A DNA stretch of 62,503 bases, filler included, from 8 parts of 8 records of this genome joined end to end with filler, not necessarily neighbours in it; one strand, 5' to 3'. Shown: positions 1 through 10,916, numbered from the whole stretch's first letter. The notes: generated by a model not told the origin, from the sequence alone. Made by a program: numbers and translations.

Positions 1-126
1 CCGGCGAACCTTGCGGGCATTGCCCTTCATGACAGTGTTGCCTAGGCTGACCTGGCCATCGCCACCGATAACCACGTTGTTACCTCGGCGGACAGAAACA
101 ATGGTAGTGCCGCGATACTGCTCCAC
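1..126 (-). CDS. hslV: ATP-dependent protease subunit HslV, 5' part (runs off window)
   Basis: Not in the ORF track. Hand translation from GTG at 126 gives (M)[41 protein letters not shown], the HslV N-terminus with a short propeptide; GGAG RBS upstream. Confidence 0.93.
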   Translation of the reverse strand, partial: MEQYRGTTIVSVRRGNNVVIGGDGQVSLGNTVMKGNARKVRR

Positions 127-204
127 GGGAATTCTCCTTTTTACGCGTAGCAAAGGAGGTGTGGGCGCAGGTGGAGGATTTCAAGGATCAAGACCGCTTA
201 CATG

Positions 205-265
205 CTGCACGCGAGCACGCGACACGCAAAGAAGGCGTGTCGGCGTGGTGCGTGAAGCGTGCTGG
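205..265. repeat. Imperfect inverted array of 7-8 bp units (CACGC x3, then GCGTG x4)
   Basis: CACGC at 208, 216, 223; GCGTG at 235, 243, 250, 257; core hairpin CGACACGC-AAAGAAG-GCGTGTCG (220-242). Confidence 0.75.
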
Positions 266-268
266 CGT

Positions 269-904
269 CTACTTTTTCATCTTGATCGGCAGGGTCTCGA
301 TGCCGTTGCCGGCCAGTTGGTCCTGGGCGCGGTGCATGGCGTTGAGGTTGTTGTAGGGGCCGATCATGACCCGATGCCAGCTGTCGCCGCTGTCCAGGTC
401 GACTGACTGAATGCTCGCCTCGAAGCCTTTCAGGATCAGTTCGGCCCGGCGGCGGTCCGCATCTTCGTTGCGACGGAAGCTGCCAGCCTGCAGCAGGTAC
501 TTTTCGTTGTTGCGGGTGCTGCTTTCCGGCTTGCGGGTATTGGCCGGTTTCTCGGTGGTGCTGGGCTTGCTGGTGCGTGTGCCGCTGTCGGTTTCGTTTT
601 GCGGCACGATCACTTCCATCTTGGGGAGTACCGCATAGAAATCGAATTTGGGTGAGTCGTCCCCGGACTCCGGCTTGGGTTCCGGTTTGGGCTCGGGTTT
701 GGATTGCGCGGGTTTGTCGCTGCTGTTGGCCACGGGCGTGCTGCCACCCTGAGCCATTTGGGTTTTACCCAGATGGAATAGAAAGGCCACGAACAGGCCG
801 ACCATAAGGCCGGTAAACAGCCAGACCCAGCCGGGCACCTGGCGTTGAGGTTTCTTCTTGCGGGCGGGGCCGCGGCTGGCGCCGCGACGGGTGTTCTTCG
901 CCAT
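269..904 (-). CDS. SPOR-domain cell division protein (FtsN-like)
   Basis: Basic N-tail, one TM helix, Pro-rich linker, FDFY motif, C-terminal SPOR (YLLQAGSF...WHRVMIGPY); lies between argS and hslV; start overlaps argS stop. Confidence 0.88.
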   Translation of the reverse strand: MAKNTRRGASRGPARKKKPQRQVPGWVWLFTGLMVGLFVAFLFHLGKTQMAQGGSTPVANSSDKPAQSKPEPKPEPKPESGDDSPKFDFYAVLPKMEVIVPQNETDSGTRTSKPSTTEKPANTRKPESSTRNNEKYLLQAGSFRRNEDADRRRAELILKGFEASIQSVDLDSGDSWHRVMIGPYNNLNAMHRAQDQLAGNGIETLPIKMKK

Positions 905-2658
905 TACATGCGCTCCAGTGGGCTCAGGCCCAGCAGTTCCATGCCGTGTTTGAGGGTGCGGGCGGTGAGGGCGGCCAGCTTCAGGCGGCTGTTACGGATG
1001 CTTTCGTTTTCACTGCTGAGGATCGGGCAGTGTTCATAGAAGCTGGAAAACAGGCCGGCCACGTCGTACAGGTAGGTGCTGAGCAGGTGCGGCTGCCCCT
1101 TGTCGGCTACGTTCTGTAGTACTTCGCCAAATTGTACCAGCCGAGCGGCAAGGGTTTGTTCGGCTTCTTCGTTGAGCAGGAAGTCACCGTTTACGCTGTT
1201 CATGTCGCGCTCTGCCTTGCGGAATACGCTGGCCACGCGAGTGTAAGCGTACAGCAGATAGGGCGCGGTGTTGCCTTCAAAGCTGAGCATTTGTTCGAAG
1301 TTGAAGATGTAATCGCTGCTGCGGTTCTTCGACAGGTCGGCGTATTTGACTGCGCCGATGCCCACTGAGCGGGCGATGGTGCGTAGTTCGGCCTCATCCA
1401 GCTGTGGGTTCTTGTCCTGCACCAGTGCAAAGGCTCGCTGTTCAGCTTCGTCCAGTAGATCCACCAGTTTGACGGTGCCGCCGTCGCGGGTCTTGAACGG
1501 GCGGCCATCTGGGCCGTTCATGGTGCCAAAGCCCATGTGCGCCAGCTCGGTCTGTTCGGGGACAAAACCGGCCAGCTTTGCCAGGGTGAACATTTGCTGG
1601 AAATGCAGCGCCTGACGCTGATCGACAAAATACAGCATGCGGTCGGCTTGCAGCGTGCCGGCGCGGTAGCGCAGGGCGGCCAGGTCGCTGGTGGCGTAGA
1701 GGTAACCGCCGTCGGCTTTGCGCACAATTACTGGTAATGGCTCGCCTTCCTTGTTTTTGAAGGCGTCCATGAACACGCACTGGGCGCCCTGGCTTTCACT
1801 GAGCAAGCCTTTGCTGTCCAGGTCGGCGACGACCTGGGCCAGGTCATCGTTGTAGGCGCTTTCACCGCGTACGTCCGATGGGGTCAGGCTGACACCGAGG
1901 CGATCGTAAATGGCCTGACAGTGGCTCAGGGATACCTGGTTGAATTCTGCCCACAGGTTCAGGCAGTAATCGTCGCCGGACTGCAGTTTTACTACCAGGG
2001 CGCGGGCGCGGTCGGCGAAGGTATCGGATTCGTCGAAGCGTTGTTTGGCGGCCCGGTAGAAGGTTTCCAGGTTGGCCAGCTCGCGGCTTAGCTCGCGCTC
2101 GCCTTCCTCAGCTTTCTGTTCTTCCAGGTAGGCGAGCAGCATGCCGAACTGGGTCCCCCAGTCGCCCACGTGGTTCTGGCGAATCACGGTGTGGCCGAGA
2201 AACTCCAGAGTGCGCACCACAGCGTCGCCGATGATGGTGGAGCGCAGGTGGCCCACGTGCATTTCTTTGGCCAGGTTGGGCGAGGAGTAGTCCACCACCA
2301 CAGTCTGGGGTTGCTCTGGCCGGTCAATGCCGAGAAAGTCGTCGGCCAGGGCAGATTCCAGCAAGCCAGTGAGCCAGTCGTCCGCCTGGAAGAAATTGAT
2401 AAAGCCGGGCCCGGCAATGTCCACCTTGGCCACGGCGCTGTCGCTGGGCAGGGCGGCGATCAGCTTTTCCGCCAGATCACGTGGCTTCATGCCGGCGGGC
2501 TTGGCCAGCATCAGCGCGATGTTGGTGGCAAAGTCGCCGTGGCTTTTGTCCTTGGTGCGGTCGATTTGCACCGGACGCTTGGCGTCGGCGGGCAGGGTGC
2601 CGTCGTCGATCAGGGTGTCCAGGGCGCTTTCAATAAGGGGTATCAGGCGTTCTTTCAT
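904..2658 (-). CDS. argS: Arginine--tRNA ligase
   Basis: [43 protein letters not shown]; start trimmed to MKERL. Confidence 0.97.
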   Translation of the reverse strand: MKERLIPLIESALDTLIDDGTLPADAKRPVQIDRTKDKSHGDFATNIALMLAKPAGMKPRDLAEKLIAALPSDSAVAKVDIAGPGFINFFQADDWLTGLLESALADDFLGIDRPEQPQTVVVDYSSPNLAKEMHVGHLRSTIIGDAVVRTLEFLGHTVIRQNHVGDWGTQFGMLLAYLEEQKAEEGERELSRELANLETFYRAAKQRFDESDTFADRARALVVKLQSGDDYCLNLWAEFNQVSLSHCQAIYDRLGVSLTPSDVRGESAYNDDLAQVVADLDSKGLLSESQGAQCVFMDAFKNKEGEPLPVIVRKADGGYLYATSDLAALRYRAGTLQADRMLYFVDQRQALHFQQMFTLAKLAGFVPEQTELAHMGFGTMNGPDGRPFKTRDGGTVKLVDLLDEAEQRAFALVQDKNPQLDEAELRTIARSVGIGAVKYADLSKNRSSDYIFNFEQMLSFEGNTAPYLLYAYTRVASVFRKAERDMNSVNGDFLLNEEAEQTLAARLVQFGEVLQNVADKGQPHLLSTYLYDVAGLFSSFYEHCPILSSENESIRNSRLKLAALTARTLKHGMELLGLSPLERM

Positions 2659-2729
2659 GACATTCTTTTGTGGAGGGCTCTGGGCCGGTTGACTGGCCGG
2701 CGATTGTACGGGAAAAGGCGAGGATTCGC

Positions 2730-2750
2730 AGCACGCTTCACGTAACACGC
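2730..2750. repeat. Heptamer-periodic CACG array
   Basis: CACG at 2732, 2739, 2746; AGCACGCTTCACG (2730-2742) is the exact reverse complement of 251-263. Confidence 0.6.
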
Positions 2751-2779
2751 ACCTTGCGGGGCTCCGGCGTCCAGCGTTG

Positions 2780-4954
2780 TCACAGCATGTCGATTGGGTC
2801 CACGTCCAGGTGCCAGCGGCACTGGCGGCCTTCGGGGAGTTTGCGGGCCTGTTCCAGTAATTGGTTCAGTGCCTGGTGCAGGGGCGCACGCTGGGCGCAT
2901 TGCAATAGTAGCTGGGTGCGGAAACGGCCCGCCCGTTTTTCCATGGGGGCGGGAATCGGTCCAAGGATGTGGACATCCGGTGGTACCGCGATGATGCTTA
3001 GCTGTTGCAGGAAGTTCATGGCGGTACCCATGGCCATGGCTTCGCAACGGAACAGGGCCAGGTGGCCGTGGGGGGGCAGTCCGGCCATTTGCCGTTCTTC
3101 CAGCAAAGTGGTGGCCAGTTGCGGGTAGTCACCGCTGGCCGCCAGTTGCAGTAAATGGTGATCGGGGTGGCGGCTTTGCAAAATCACTCGGCCCTGGCCT
3201 TCACGGCCGCTACGGCCGGCTACTTGCAATAGCAGTTGGGCGGCTTGTTCCGGGCCACGGAAGTCGGCGCTGAGAAAGCCTGCGTCCATATCCAGAATCA
3301 CTACCAGTGTCAGTTTGGGAAAGTGGTGGCCCTTGGCCAGCATCTGGGTGCCCACCATGACAGCGGGTTCGCCTTTCTGGATCTGCGCCAGGTGTGCATC
3401 GAGGGCGCCTTTGCGGCGGGTGGCATCCCGGTCGATGCGGATCACCGGTACCGGCAGGGATTGCTCCAGCAGCTCGGTGAGTTTTTCGGTGCCGCTGCCG
3501 GCTTCCTGGATGGCGCTGGAACCACAGTCCGGGCAGCGGCTGGGGACGCGCTGCTGGTAACCGCAGTGATGGCAGCGCAGGGCGCGGTCGCTACGGTGCC
3601 AGGTGAGAAAGCTGTCGCAGCGTTTGCACTCCGCCTGCCAGCCGCAGTCATGGCAGAGAATCATCGGCGCGTAGCCACGCCGGTTGATAAATACCAGCCC
3701 CTGATTGCCTGCCTCCACGCATTGCTTCAGCGCTTGCAGCGACAGGGGCAGCAGGGGGTTGCCGGGGGCGGCCAGTCGCGCATCAACGATTTCGATGGGA
3801 GGCCGGCTCTGGTCGGTGGCGCGCTGTGACAGCTTGAGCCACTGGAATCGGCCTTCTCGGGCCAGATGCAAGGTTTCCAGTGCCGGCGTGGCACTGCCCA
3901 GTATCACCGGGATGTCCAGTTGCTGGGCCCGCCAAGTGGCCAGATCCCGCGCGTGGTAGCGAAAACCGTCTTGTTGCTTGAGGGAGCTGTCGTGGGCTTC
4001 ATCCACAATGATGAGGGCGGGATTCAGCATCGGGGTAAAGATGGCGGAACGGGTGCCGATGATGATGCGCGCCTGCCCCTCGCGGGCGGCCAGCCAGTTA
4101 TCCAGCCGCTCCCGATCGGTGAGCCCGGAATGCAGGGTGACCACGGGGACGGCGAAGCGCTGTTTGAACCGTTGCACCGTTTGCGGGGTGAGCCCGATTT
4201 CCGGTACCAGCACCATGACCTGCTTGCCGGCGGCCAGCAGCGGCGCCATGGCTTGCAGGTAGACTTCGGTTTTGCCGCTGCCGGTGATGCCGTCGAGCAG
4301 GAAGGGGGTGAAACCAACGGCATCCTGGATAGCCTGAATGGCGGTGCGCTGCTCGGCATTGGCCGCCAGCGGGGCCTGGGCCAGAGTCTCTTTGGCTGCG
4401 TCAGGCCGGGTGTCCACCTGGATTTGCTCGGCCCAGCCCTTGTCGCGCAGGCTGGTCAGGGCGGAGGTGCTCACCTCCAGCGCCGCCAACATGGCGCTGC
4501 TGAGCCCCTTGGGGTGGTCGCGCAGGGTGTGCAGGGCGTCCCGTTGACGGGGGGCGCGGCTGACCTGGTCGTCGCTGACGTGTTGTCCGCGTTCGGTGAT
4601 CTGCCAGCGTTTTTCCAGGCTGGCCTGGGCTTCCTGGCCCTGGCGCAGCAGGGTGGGCAGCGCGTAATTGAGCACCTCGCCCAGCGGGTGATGGTAATAG
4701 CGGGCCGCTCGCTCGCAGAGCTGGTAGAGCTCGTCGGGCATTACCGGCTCGTTGTCGAGTACCGCCTGCACTGCCTTGAGTTTCGGGTAGTCGCTGGGGG
4801 CATGGCCGTGCACGAGGCCAATCAGGGTACGTCGCCCGAAGGGAACTTTGACCCGGCTGCCCCGGGGCGGCACGACGGTGCCGTGCAGTGCATAGTCAAA
4901 ACACCCGGGCAGGGGCACGGGCAGGGCAATTTGCAGGGTGTTTTTCGGTGACAC
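2780..4954 (-). CDS. priA: Primosomal protein N' (replication restart helicase)
   Basis: [11 protein letters not shown] Walker A, DEAH, Cys-rich zinc region (CHDCG, CKRCD, CHHCG, CPDCG); likely GTG start at 4954 after AGGA. Confidence 0.96.
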   Translation of the reverse strand: MSPKNTLQIALPVPLPGCFDYALHGTVVPPRGSRVKVPFGRRTLIGLVHGHAPSDYPKLKAVQAVLDNEPVMPDELYQLCERAARYYHHPLGEVLNYALPTLLRQGQEAQASLEKRWQITERGQHVSDDQVSRAPRQRDALHTLRDHPKGLSSAMLAALEVSTSALTSLRDKGWAEQIQVDTRPDAAKETLAQAPLAANAEQRTAIQAIQDAVGFTPFLLDGITGSGKTEVYLQAMAPLLAAGKQVMVLVPEIGLTPQTVQRFKQRFAVPVVTLHSGLTDRERLDNWLAAREGQARIIIGTRSAIFTPMLNPALIIVDEAHDSSLKQQDGFRYHARDLATWRAQQLDIPVILGSATPALETLHLAREGRFQWLKLSQRATDQSRPPIEIVDARLAAPGNPLLPLSLQALKQCVEAGNQGLVFINRRGYAPMILCHDCGWQAECKRCDSFLTWHRSDRALRCHHCGYQQRVPSRCPDCGSSAIQEAGSGTEKLTELLEQSLPVPVIRIDRDATRRKGALDAHLAQIQKGEPAVMVGTQMLAKGHHFPKLTLVVILDMDAGFLSADFRGPEQAAQLLLQVAGRSGREGQGRVILQSRHPDHHLLQLAASGDYPQLATTLLEERQMAGLPPHGHLALFRCEAMAMGTAMNFLQQLSIIAVPPDVHILGPIPAPMEKRAGRFRTQLLLQCAQRAPLHQALNQLLEQARKLPEGRQCRWHLDVDPIDML

Positions 4955-5041
4955 GGAATTTCCTGGAGCCAGCGGCGGCTTTGCGCTTGCGGAATGGGGA
5001 CAAGCTGTTATGATTCGCCTTCTTTTTCCCAGGCGCAAGCC

Positions 5042-5076
5042 GTGTGGTGCCTGTCGTAGAGGCCGGTAGCGACACA
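5042..5076 (+). promoter_or_regulatory. Possible rpmE leader stem-loop (L31 autoregulatory leader-like)
   Basis: Imperfect GTGT...ACAC hairpin just upstream of the rpmE RBS; not tested against an Rfam model. Confidence 0.3.
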
Positions 5077-5091
5077 AAATGGAGCTTAGCA

Positions 5092-5310
5092 ATGAAAGCA
5101 GAGATTCATCCCGATTACCAGACAGCGACCTATTCCTGTAGCTGTGGCAACGTTATCGAGTCCCGTTCCACCAAAGGTGGCGCCATGGATTTGGACGTTT
5201 GTTCCGCCTGCCATCCTTTCTATACTGGCAAGCAGAAGCAAGCCGACAGCGGTGGCCAGATCGACAAGTTCAAGCAGCGCTTTGGCATGATGCGCAGCAA
5301 GAAGGACTGA
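5092..5310 (+). CDS. rpmE: 50S ribosomal protein L31 (zinc-binding form)
   Basis: [25 protein letters not shown]; divergent from priA. Confidence 0.97.
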   Translation: MKAEIHPDYQTATYSCSCGNVIESRSTKGGAMDLDVCSACHPFYTGKQKQADSGGQIDKFKQRFGMMRSKKD

Positions 5311-5334
5311 TACGGCGTCTTCACAGCGCCTATT

Positions 5335-5364
5335 GTAAAAAGCACCCTGCCGGGTGCTTTTTAC
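5335..5364 (+). terminator. Intrinsic terminator after rpmE
   Basis: AAAAAGCACCC-TGCC-GGGTGCTTTTT. Confidence 0.85.
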
Positions 5365-5417
5365 GTTAAGTACTTGCGTACACACTGTATATCCCAACTA
5401 GGGAAGCGGAGACCAGC

Positions 5418-5697
5418 ATGTCCGAGGATTTAAAAGCGGCGGCCCTGGAATACCACGCCAAACCGCGGCCGGGGAAAATCAGCGTCGAGGTGACCAAGCC
5501 AGCGGCGACCAGTCGAGATCTGAGCCTGGCGTATAGCCCGGGTGTGGCAGAACCGGTGCGTGAAATCGCCCGGGAGCCGGAACTGGCCTATCGTTTTACC
5601 TCCAAGGGCAATCTGGTAGCGGTCATCAGTGATGGCACCGCGATTCTTGGTCTGGGTAACCTGGGCGCGCTGGCGTCCAAGCCGGTGATGGAAGGCA
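5418..5697 (+). CDS. maeB: NADP-dependent malic enzyme, 5' fragment
   Basis: ALEYH...PGKI, DLSLAYSPGVA, KGNLVAVISDGTAILGLG, SKPVMEG; cut by contig end. Confidence 0.9.
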
Positions 5698-5797
5698 NNN
5701 NNNNNNNNNNNNNNNNNNNNNNNNNNNNNNNNNNNNNNNNNTTAATTAATTAANNNNNNNNNNNNNNNNNNNNNNNNNNNNNNNNNNNNNNNNNNNN
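5698..5797. other. Artificial contig spacer
   Basis: Ns flanking TTAATTAATTAA (stops in all six frames). Confidence 0.99.
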
Positions 5798-6238
5798 CAC
5801 GGTGATTACCTTGGTTGAGTCAGAAGACTGAACCGTGGCGATCACGTTGCCCGCGTAAATTGGGCGCGTGAATGTGTCAGCGCTTTCAACGCTGATGATG
5901 TCGGAAATTTGTGCAACATCCAGCTTGGCAGCAACACGTGGCAACACGTTTTTTCCCACGCTGGTGGCGGGGGCAAGAATGTGGCCATAGTTGCCAGCAA
6001 TGGCCAGAATTTGCGCGGCAAAATTTTCAGCCAACTGGTCACCCAGTGAATCGGAGTCTGCAACCAGAACCTTGGCCACACCAGCAGCCTTGGCAGCCTG
6101 TTCAGCAGCAGCGCCACAACCTTTGCCGGAAACCAGCACGTGGATGTCGCCACCAATTTTCTGGGCCGCAGCGATGGTATTCAGCGTGGCGGGCTTGATG
6201 CTTTGATTGTCGTGTTCGGCAATAACGAGTACTGACAT
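5798..6238 (-). CDS. etfA: Electron transfer flavoprotein alpha subunit, 5' part
   Basis: MSVLVIAEH, PRVAAKLD, FTRPIYAGN; follows etfB. Confidence 0.95.
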
Positions 6239-6248
6239 TTTTTGCTCC

Positions 6249-6998
6249 TTAGATCACTTTCGCTTCGTTCTTCAGCTTGTCAACCAGCGTGGCCACATCG
6301 GGCACGGTGATACCAGCGGAACGTGTGGGAGGGTCGCTCACTTTCAGGGTTTTGATGCGCGGATCTACATCTACACCCAAGTCAGCAGGCTTGATGGTGT
6401 CAATCTGCTTTTTCTTGGCCTTCATGATGTTCGGCAGTGTCACGTAACGTGGCTCGTTCAGGCGCAAGTCGCTGGTTACTACCGCAGGCAAGCTCAGGCT
6501 GACTGTTTCCAGACCACCATCCACTTCACGGGTTACGTTGACCTTGCCGCCTTCAACCACCACTTTGGATGCGAAGGTGCCTTGTGGCATGTCGGCCAAG
6601 GCAGCCAGCATTTGGCCGGTTTGGTTGCAATCGTCGTCGATGGCTTGCTTGCCCATGATCACCAAATCGATGCCTTCTTTTTCAATGATGGCTTTCAGAA
6701 TTTTGGCAACAGCCAGTGGCTGCAATTCCACATCGGTTTCAACCAGAATGCCGCGATCTGCGCCAATTGCGGCAGCCGTGCGCAAGGTTTCAACACACTG
6801 GGCAACGCCACAACTAACTGCAATCACTTCGGTTGCCACGCCAGCTTCTTTCAGGCGCGTGGCTTCTTCAACAGCGATTTCATCGAAGGGGTTCATGGAC
6901 ATTTTCACGTTGGCGATATCCACACCAGAGCCATCGCTTTTGCAGCGAACTTTAACGTTGTAATCGACTACGCGTTTAACGGGTACCAGGATCTTCAT
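6249..6998 (-). CDS. etfB: Electron transfer flavoprotein beta subunit
   Basis: [39 protein letters not shown]. Confidence 0.97.
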   Translation of the reverse strand: MKILVPVKRVVDYNVKVRCKSDGSGVDIANVKMSMNPFDEIAVEEATRLKEAGVATEVIAVSCGVAQCVETLRTAAAIGADRGILVETDVELQPLAVAKILKAIIEKEGIDLVIMGKQAIDDDCNQTGQMLAALADMPQGTFASKVVVEGGKVNVTREVDGGLETVSLSLPAVVTSDLRLNEPRYVTLPNIMKAKKKQIDTIKPADLGVDVDPRIKTLKVSDPPTRSAGITVPDVATLVDKLKNEAKVI

Positions 6999-7062
6999 GC
7001 AAGCCATCCCTTTGTTGAAATTGGAGAATAGATGATTGGATTATACGAAGCGTTTTGAGAAA

Positions 7063-7082
7063 AAACGCACGATCGTTCGATT
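7063..7082 (-). promoter_or_regulatory. Probable FadP-type (TetR family) operator upstream of etfBA
   Basis: Minus strand AATCGAACGATCGTGCGTTT, palindromic core ACGATCGT; fits the betaproteobacterial FadP consensus as recalled (AATNGWACGAYCGTKCKNWT). Confidence 0.65.
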
Positions 7083-7121
7083 TTTCATAGAGTGTACACT
7101 CTAAGGGGCTTGCTGTCGAGG

Positions 7122-7811
7122 TTATCGGTAGCGGGCGCAGATCGAATTCATGGCCTCGAAACAGCACCGATCAATTTCTTCCCGACTGCGAACCGTGCAA
7201 TTCAGGTCGATGACCCGACCGGTTGACATGCTATACACCAAGCCACTGATCGCAACAGGGTCGCCCCGGCCCCACGCTGCATGGACTGCCGGGCTAAGCG
7301 CTGCCAGCCGAACTTGCTGAATCACATTGAGTTCGCACAGCTTGTCGACATTCCGGTTGGCTTGCTCAAGCGATGCCGGGTTGAAAAGCTGGTGATCGTG
7401 CGCCAGTTCACGCACACCCTCCAGCCAGTCACCAGGCGCACCCCCGGCATGCAAACCCAGCGCTACGCGCACACCACCACAACTGTGATGCCCAAACACC
7501 AACAAGTGCTTCACCTTCAAACTTTCGATTGAAAATTGCAATGCGGTTTGCAAGCTAAGGTCGTTCAAACCAGCCTGATTGGCCACGTTCTTGTACACAA
7601 ACAGTTCACCCAGGTTGCTTTGCAGCAAGGTATTGGGGTCTGCCCGGCTGTCGCAGCAACTGATCACGGTGAACGCCGGGCTTTGTCCCGCGGAAAGCCG
7701 TTTGAAATAGTCAGGGTCTTGCGCAGTAATTTGCCCTGCCCACTCGGCATTGCGTGCCAGCATTTCGGCAAGCCGTTCTTCCGAATAAGGTGCTGGCGTT
7801 GAAAAAATCAT
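7122..7811 (-). CDS. Beta-class carbonic anhydrase
   Basis: Zinc ligands C-x-D-S-R (CCDSR) and H-x-x-C (HHSCGG); LCELNV..QV. Confidence 0.92.
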   Translation of the reverse strand: MIFSTPAPYSEERLAEMLARNAEWAGQITAQDPDYFKRLSAGQSPAFTVISCCDSRADPNTLLQSNLGELFVYKNVANQAGLNDLSLQTALQFSIESLKVKHLLVFGHHSCGGVRVALGLHAGGAPGDWLEGVRELAHDHQLFNPASLEQANRNVDKLCELNVIQQVRLAALSPAVHAAWGRGDPVAISGLVYSMSTGRVIDLNCTVRSREEIDRCCFEAMNSICARYR

Positions 7812-8731
7812 GTTGCGGCCAGCGCCTCCACGTGTGCGTGCACTGAATCAGCCAAGGCTTCCAGCTCATAACCACCTTCCAGCGTGCTGATCAGTTTGCC
7901 GTCGCAGTATTCATCGGCCACGCGAACCAGAAATTTGGTGATCCAGCCATAGTCCTCGGTGGTCAGGGTCATGTCCGCAAGCGGATCACTTTCATGTGCA
8001 TCAAAACCTGCCGACACCAACACCAACTGGGGCTTGAACTGGTCAATGGCATCCACCCAGTGGGTTTGAATGGCATGCTTGATTTCCTCGCGGCCACCGC
8101 CGGGTTGAATCGGACAATTCACCATGTTTCTTGCGCCCTCCAGCCCGCCACTGAATGGGTACAACGGCGATTGAAAGGTGCTGCACATCAAGATTTTCGG
8201 GTTGTTGGCAAACACATGTTCAGTGCCATTGCCGTGGTGCACATCAAAGTCCACAATCAGCACCCGCTCCAGCCGGTAGGCATCAATGGCGTGTTGCGCA
8301 GCAATGGCCACGTTGTTGAACACGCAAAAACCCATGGCACGGTCCACGCAGGCATGATGGCCTGGCGGGCGCACGGCACAAAAGGCATTGTTCACGGCAT
8401 GCGCCATGACCAGGTCAACCGCATGCACGCAGGCACCGGCAGCACGGCGGGCTGCATCAAGCGAGAATTCCGACAAGGTAGTATCGCCGTCAATGTCGAT
8501 GTTTCGCTTCAAGGGAAAACGCGCCTTGATGCTTTCAACATAGGCAGGGGTATGCACGGCAGTGACCGCAGACCACGGCACCTGTGGGGCATCACAATGC
8601 ACCAGCCGTGGCCACAGTTCAGACGATTCAAGCCGATCACGAATGACCCGCAGGCGGGCCATGCTTTCAGGATGACCCAGGCCCGGGTTGTGCAGGGCGC
8701 AATCAGAATGGGAAATAAAGGCAGTGGTCAT
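7808..8731 (-). CDS. Histone deacetylase family protein
   Basis: HPES..RL, VRPPGHHA, DFDVHHGNGT, SAGFDAH, LEGGY. Confidence 0.93.
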   Translation of the reverse strand: MTTAFISHSDCALHNPGLGHPESMARLRVIRDRLESSELWPRLVHCDAPQVPWSAVTAVHTPAYVESIKARFPLKRNIDIDGDTTLSEFSLDAARRAAGACVHAVDLVMAHAVNNAFCAVRPPGHHACVDRAMGFCVFNNVAIAAQHAIDAYRLERVLIVDFDVHHGNGTEHVFANNPKILMCSTFQSPLYPFSGGLEGARNMVNCPIQPGGGREEIKHAIQTHWVDAIDQFKPQLVLVSAGFDAHESDPLADMTLTTEDYGWITKFLVRVADEYCDGKLISTLEGGYELEALADSVHAHVEALAAT

Positions 8732-8845
8732 GGCTTGGGCCCAACAGCATGTAGATGCTGGGTTATAGTGAATGCAGGACCTGCCATTGACTGCGAACAC
8801 GCACCGGGTCGACCTTCTTTACCGCTTACTACGCCTATACCGGAC

Positions 8846-9901
8846 ATGCTGACTCCTTTTTTGACTACTCATCGAATATTCAAATACTTTGCCTCCATTC
8901 TAATCAGCACAGCGCTGTGCACTCAAGCCGTGCAGGCAGAAGACACCAAGCGGGTGAATTTTGCCGACCACGCGCAAGCCATGGCCATGGCCCAGCGCCT
9001 GCAGGAAAAAGAAGGCATTGCAGTGGCGGACACCCTTGCCTTGCTGCAAAAAGCAGAGCTGTTACCCCAGGTGGTACAAGCCGTCAAGCCGCCAAAAACA
9101 AAAGGGGTGCGCAACTGGGACACCTACCGCAACCGTTTTGTAGAACCCTATCGAATTCGAAAAGGTGTGGAATTCTGGAATGAAAATGCCGGAATTCTAA
9201 AAGAAGCCGAGACCAAATATAGTGTTCCACAAGAAGTAATTGTGGCCATCATCGGCGTGGAAACCATTTACGGGCAGCACATTGGCAACTACCGGGTACT
9301 TGATTCACTGGCCACACTGGCCTTTGCCTACCCCGAGGGTCAGAAAGACCGTTCGGAATTTTTCCAGAACGAACTGGAAGCCTTCATTGCCCTGTGCAAC
9401 AAAACACACCTGAATGCACTGGAAGTGAAAGGATCGTATGCTGGCGCCATAGGGCTTGGGCAATTCATGCCCAGTTCATGGACGGCTTATGCAGTAGATG
9501 GGGACGCAGACGGTATTGTAGATTTGTTCAACAGCCGGAAAGACGCCATTTTCAGCGTGGCCAACTTCCTGAAAGTGCATGGCTGGGAAACAGGCAAAGC
9601 CACCCGCGTGCTGGTCGACATTCAACACGCCGACAACCTGACCGAACTGCTGGCCCCCGATATTGTGCCCACCTTCGCCCCCGCCGTGATGCAGGAAAAA
9701 GGCGTGAAGCTTAATGGCAAGGCCCTGCCCGATGAAAAACTGGCACTGATTGAACTGGTGCGTGGCGAGGCCGAGCCTGCGTTTGTGGCTGGCGGGCAAA
9801 ACTTCTATGTGGTGACCCGCTACAACCGAAGTTCTTTCTATGCCAACGCCGTGCTTGAATTGAGCGAAGCGTTGAAGCTAAGAAGGGATATGTTGAACTA
9901 A
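8846..9901 (+). CDS. mltB: Lytic murein transglycosylase B
   Basis: IIGVETIYG, GSYAGAIGLGQFMPSS, EF-hand-like DGDADG, YNRS; start trimmed to MLTPF. Confidence 0.92.
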   Translation: MLTPFLTTHRIFKYFASILISTALCTQAVQAEDTKRVNFADHAQAMAMAQRLQEKEGIAVADTLALLQKAELLPQVVQAVKPPKTKGVRNWDTYRNRFVEPYRIRKGVEFWNENAGILKEAETKYSVPQEVIVAIIGVETIYGQHIGNYRVLDSLATLAFAYPEGQKDRSEFFQNELEAFIALCNKTHLNALEVKGSYAGAIGLGQFMPSSWTAYAVDGDADGIVDLFNSRKDAIFSVANFLKVHGWETGKATRVLVDIQHADNLTELLAPDIVPTFAPAVMQEKGVKLNGKALPDEKLALIELVRGEAEPAFVAGGQNFYVVTRYNRSSFYANAVLELSEALKLRRDMLN

Positions 9902-10758
9902 GCGGGAAACACACCCGTCGACAAATACCGATCACCACGGTCGCACACAATAAACACGATAGTGGCGTTTTCTACTTCCTCTGCAATTTTCAGGGCAATG
10001 TGCGCCGCGCCTGCCGCGGAAATACCGCAGAAAATACCCTCTTCCGCAGCCATTTTGCGTGCCATGTCTTCGGCTTCAAGCTGGGTAACCTGCACCACCC
10101 GGTCAACACCAGCAGGCTTGTAGATCTTGGGCAGGTATTCCTGTGGCCACTTTCGAATTCCTGGAATTTGCGAACCTTCGCTGGGTTCTGCACCAATAAT
10201 TTGCACGTTCGGGTTCTGGCTTTTCAGGTAACGCGACACACCCATAATCGAGCCTGTGGTGCCCATGGCACTTACAAAATGGGTCACTTTGCCGGCGGTA
10301 TCACGCCAAATTTCGGGACCGGTTGTTTCGAAGTGGGCCAGCGGATTGTCCTCGTTGGCAAACTGGTCGAGGATCACGCCCTTGCCCTGATCGCGCATTT
10401 GCTCCGCCAAATCGCGTGCGTATTCCATGCCGCCTTTTTGTGGGGTCAAAATGATTTCCGCGCCAAAGGCACGCATGGTTTGGCGACGTTCAATGCTGAG
10501 GTGTTCAGGCATGATAAGCACCATTCGATACCCGCGAATGGCAGCCGCCATGGCCAGCGCAATGCCTGTGTTCCCAGAGGTTGCTTCAATCAGGGTGTCG
10601 CCAGGCTTGATGGTGCCGCGTTCTTCGGCACGCTTGATCATGGAAATTGCAGGGCGATCCTTGACCGAACCCGCCGGGTTGTTGCCTTCCAGTTTGCCCA
10701 GAATGATATTGCCGCGATCGGCATTGGCCTTGCCCGGCAAACGTTGCAACTGCACCAG
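9898..10758 (-). CDS. cysM: Cysteine synthase B (5' end missing)
   Basis: KLEGNNPAGSVKDR PLP lysine, IPGIRKW, CDRGDRYLSTGVF. Confidence 0.95.
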   Translation of the reverse strand: MVQLQRLPGKANADRGNIILGKLEGNNPAGSVKDRPAISMIKRAEERGTIKPGDTLIEATSGNTGIALAMAAAIRGYRMVLIMPEHLSIERRQTMRAFGAEIILTPQKGGMEYARDLAEQMRDQGKGVILDQFANEDNPLAHFETTGPEIWRDTAGKVTHFVSAMGTTGSIMGVSRYLKSQNPNVQIIGAEPSEGSQIPGIRKWPQEYLPKIYKPAGVDRVVQVTQLEAEDMARKMAAEEGIFCGISAAGAAHIALKIAEEVENATIVFIVCDRGDRYLSTGVFPA

Positions 10759-10858
10759 NNNNNNNNNNNNNNNNNNNNNNNNNNNNNNNNNNNNNNNNNN
10801 NNTTAATTAATTAANNNNNNNNNNNNNNNNNNNNNNNNNNNNNNNNNNNNNNNNNNNN
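10759..10858. other. Artificial contig spacer
   Basis: Ns flanking TTAATTAATTAA. Confidence 0.99.
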
Positions 10859-10916
10859 AGGAGTTCCCTTCCAGGGGACGAACCTCGCACAGCGAGGCCA
10901 TCGCCCGCAGGGCGAT
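10859..10916. repeat. Three short hairpins at contig start; probable truncated GTAG-type REP/REPIN
   Basis: AGGAG then GTTCCC-TTCCA-GGGGAC; CCTCGC-ACA-GCGAGG (10883-10897); ATCGCCC-GCA-GGGCGAT (10900-10916). Confidence 0.5.

Noticed and set aside
5742-5753. TTAATTAATTAA palindrome repeated seven times
   Set aside because: Artificial six-frame-stop linker inside N runs; ORFs ending in X or LIN are artefacts.
7994-8845. 635-aa mltB with a long N-terminal extension
   Set aside because: The extension is the antisense shadow of the deacetylase gene; the plausible start is 8846.
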